In this document: one piece after another, positions 61,599-64,000 of the stretch
Position numbering within the stretch: position 1 is the first letter of the stretch
Layout of the letters: every line of letters begins with the position of its first letter
Assembly: GCA_965218585.1 (NCBI GenBank)
Contig: CBDCLE010000001.1
Coordinates: 160,001-224,000, forward strand
Length of the DNA stretch: 64,000 bases
DNA from: Terriglobia bacterium
GTDB lineage: Bacteria; Acidobacteriota; Terriglobia; 20CM-2-55-15
Direction of reading: 5' to 3'
Notes under the pieces: model-generated
What the model was told of the DNA's origin: nothing
Seen by the model: only the letters and a program-made list of their open reading frames with translations
The model's database searches: none
Made by a program: the position numbers and the translations under genes

Positions 61599-61826
61599 GT
61601 GATGAATTCCAAGAGAGTTGCAGTTCTTTTCAAATGGCTCTCGAGGATTGTGTTTACGCTTTCACTTCTGTGGGTCCTCCTATTCGCATACCTTTCCGAT
61701 GCTCTCGGCGACTTCTTCGGCCCTCCCGACTGGCCCGTAATTCTCCTCGTGGCCTTCGTCGGGTTCGTGATCGGATTCTTGCTTCGTTGGATGAGCAGGC
61801 GATCAATTGGGGACAGAGGTGTCTGA
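61599..61826 (+). CDS. Small 2-TM hypothetical protein
   Basis: Two hydrophobic helices flanked by basic residues. Overlaps the MFS 3' end by 24 nt. Confidence 0.5.
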   Translation: MMNSKRVAVLFKWLSRIVFTLSLLWVLLFAYLSDALGDFFGPPDWPVILLVAFVGFVIGFLLRWMSRRSIGDRGV

Positions 61827-63005
61827 CGCTATGTTTTTGGCGGGCTCTTTTAGCCACCTGCAGGTCGGGACAATCAGGATCGTGATGAACGCTGTAATCC
61901 AGGCGACGGTGCCAAAACCGGATTGGTCGAACGCCGCTGCGGAGACTGCTGCAGTCACTGCGATACCAAGCTGAGAGGCTGCGTTGCGTACGGCCATGTA
62001 CGAACCGCGAACCTCAGAACTGACGAGTTCGGTGGTCAGAGCATGCAGCGGCGCCTGGCGGGCGGCAGCCGTGATGCTCAGGACGCCGACGAAAAGAAAG
62101 AGCGCCAGTCCCCACCCGAGGTTGGAGACGATTACGAAAAGCGGCGCCAGAAACAGGTTTGCACCGAGGATCAGGACTCGCTTCCCAAGACGGTCGGCCA
62201 GCCACCCCGAGAGAGGTGCGGCTAGGGTGGCTGCCAGTCCTGCGACCATGAACAGAATTCCCAACTGCTCCACACCGACTCCGTCCCCGGCAAGCCAGAC
62301 ACCCACGTAGGTCAGAAAGCCCACCAAGCCGCCGGAGGTCAGGAATGCGGCGACCATTCCGGCGACGCGATCCGGGAATCGGAAGTGAGCCAGCACATTG
62401 GTGGGAGAGGCTTGCCCTGTCTGGCGCTTGTCCGCGGGCAGCATTAAAATCGTCACAAGGAACATAGCCGCGCCGGCTAGGGCCAGGCCCAGGAAAATCC
62501 AGCGCCAGTCGTACCTTGCCGCGATCAGAGTCCCGGCCGGCACACTGATGACGAACACCAGGAAATAGGCCATCGATATGATTCCCATTGCCCTGCCGCG
62601 CTGCTGGTATGGGTAGTGGTCACCTGCATAGGAGAAGGCCAGAGTCGAGAGCGTGCCTGTAGAGAGACCCGTCAAGAGCCTTGCCGTCAACAAGATGCTA
62701 AAATAGGAGCTTCGGTACGTGATGAGGGACGCCAGGCCGAACACCAGCAGCGCCAGACACATCAGCCGCTTGCGGCCGATCCGGTCCGAAGCCGTTCCCA
62801 GCACCAATGCGAAGGCTGCTGCCGCGAGCGCGTAGGCCGTTACAACCGTTCCCGCACGGCCCGGCGATATAACGAGATCTTCGGCTATTGACGGGATCAG
62901 AGGCGGGATGAGCGCTGTATCGGAGACACCCAGGAAGAGAATCCCGAACAGGATTACTGCTGCCTTCCACTGAAAGTTGCTGCTTGAATCGGTGCCCGGC
63001 GACAC
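61803..63005 (-). CDS. MFS transporter
   Basis: About 12 TM segments. Motif A as GTASDRIGRK and GWLADRLGKR. Confidence 0.92.
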   Translation of the reverse strand: MSPGTDSSSNFQWKAAVILFGILFLGVSDTALIPPLIPSIAEDLVISPGRAGTVVTAYALAAAAFALVLGTASDRIGRKRLMCLALLVFGLASLITYRSSYFSILLTARLLTGLSTGTLSTLAFSYAGDHYPYQQRGRAMGIISMAYFLVFVISVPAGTLIAARYDWRWIFLGLALAGAAMFLVTILMLPADKRQTGQASPTNVLAHFRFPDRVAGMVAAFLTSGGLVGFLTYVGVWLAGDGVGVEQLGILFMVAGLAATLAAPLSGWLADRLGKRVLILGANLFLAPLFVIVSNLGWGLALFLFVGVLSITAAARQAPLHALTTELVSSEVRGSYMAVRNAASQLGIAVTAAVSAAAFDQSGFGTVAWITAFITILIVPTCRWLKEPAKNIASDTSVPN

Positions 63006-63077
63006 GGGCGGATTCTATCACAGCGTATTTATGAGCCGCGTGCAGGGCATGCGGCCTAATTGGGAAAGGAACCAACA

Positions 63078-64000
63078 TTGAAGAGTGAGTTCGGGGATCC
63101 CGAAGCGATACGGGAAAAAATTCAATCGATACCGGACGAGTTGCCCATCCTGCCTCTCCGTGACGCCGTCATATTCCCAACTGCGGTGATGCCGCTGACC
63201 GTCGGTCGGGAAAGTTCAGTGCAGCTGGTCAACGAGGTTCAGGACAGTAACGGTCTGCTGGCTGTCTTGACGCAACGCGACAAGACGATCGAAGTCCCCG
63301 GACTCGAAGATCTTTACGAAACCGGCACGGTGTCGGTGATTCATCGAGTCATGAGGACTCCCGAGGGAAACCTCTTCGTGATCGTCATGGCGATTGCCCG
63401 GATGAGGATCGTGGAGTTTACACAGTTCGAGCCGTATCTGCGGGCCCGCATCGAAGTTCTCTCCGATGATTCCGAGCAAGAAGATGAAGTCGACTTTCAG
63501 GCGCTTCGCCGGAGCGTCCTGGGACAGTTTGAACAGGTGATCCGGCTCTCGCCACAACTTCCCGACGACCTTCAGACCTTCGTCATCAACATCGACGAAT
63601 CCGGGAGGCTCGCCGATTATATCGCCACCAATCTTCCCAACCTTGAAGTTGAATCGAAGCAGCTCGTGTTGGGAATGACCAGCGCGCGTAAGCGACTGGA
63701 TTTCTTAAACACCGAACTTGCCAAGGAACTCGAGGTTCTCGAACTTCGAACAAAGATCCAAAGCCAGGTTGAAGAAGAGGTCGGCAAGTCGCAGCGTGAG
63801 TACTTCCTTCGGGAGCAGATGCGGGCGATCCAGAAGGAATTGGGTGAGACCGACGATTCGCAACGCGAGATCGACGAGTTGCGGGAGCAGATCGAGAAGG
63901 CCAGTCTTCCGGAGGAAGCGGCCAAGGAAGCCGAACGCGAACTGACGCGCCTGGGGCGGATGTCTCCGGCGGCAGCCGACTATACGGTGACTCGGACGTA
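63078..64000 (+). CDS. lon: Lon protease, 5' part (runs off window end)
   Basis: TTG start after AAGGA. LPILPLRDAVIFP...VGRESS, KSQREYFLREQMRAIQKELG and ERELTRLGRMSPAAADYTVTRT. Confidence 0.92.
   Translation, partial: MKSEFGDPEAIREKIQSIPDELPILPLRDAVIFPTAVMPLTVGRESSVQLVNEVQDSNGLLAVLTQRDKTIEVPGLEDLYETGTVSVIHRVMRTPEGNLFVIVMAIARMRIVEFTQFEPYLRARIEVLSDDSEQEDEVDFQALRRSVLGQFEQVIRLSPQLPDDLQTFVINIDESGRLADYIATNLPNLEVESKQLVLGMTSARKRLDFLNTELAKELEVLELRTKIQSQVEEEVGKSQREYFLREQMRAIQKELGETDDSQREIDELREQIEKASLPEEAAKEAERELTRLGRMSPAAADYTVTRT

Overview
Bacterial chromosomal window of about 58-60% GC (by eye), most consistent with an Acidobacteriota-like genome (inference from the TonB-dependent receptor type and gene content). 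The left half (1-29 kb) is accessory and catabolic. It opens with an acetoin/2-oxoacid dehydrogenase-type cluster interrupted by a SucD-like CoA-acylating aldehyde dehydrogenase and an M24-fold enzyme. Three tandem paralogous TonB-dependent receptors follow: one intact, two sharing a 1.8-kb identical tract with the same frameshift, and one of those also internally deleted. Each receptor has a CsoR/RicR-like operator upstream and a REP-terminator-REP-doublet module downstream. Next are aromatic-acid catabolism genes (FAH, gentisate 1,2-dioxygenase, tannase/feruloyl esterase, gamma-resorcylate decarboxylase). They surround an uncharacterised exported module: two near-identical His-His-start DUF6152-like proteins, two paralogous secreted partners, a secreted MBL-fold protein and a DUF6644-like membrane protein. 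The best candidate for an undescribed system is this CsoR-box / TBDR / His-His periplasmic module, possibly copper-linked. The right half is mostly housekeeping: S9 peptidase, tandem FMN glutamate-synthase-like genes, desaturase, an IS1380 inserted into a small double zinc-ribbon gene, an isc operon lacking fdx, a deoxyhypusine-synthase-like gene, ygfZ, a dnaJ-like gene, htrA, a DRG-like GTPase, an MFS transporter and the start of lon. Several single-base frameshifts, mostly in short homopolymers, look like sequencing errors. Family assignments come from recalled motifs, not database searches.
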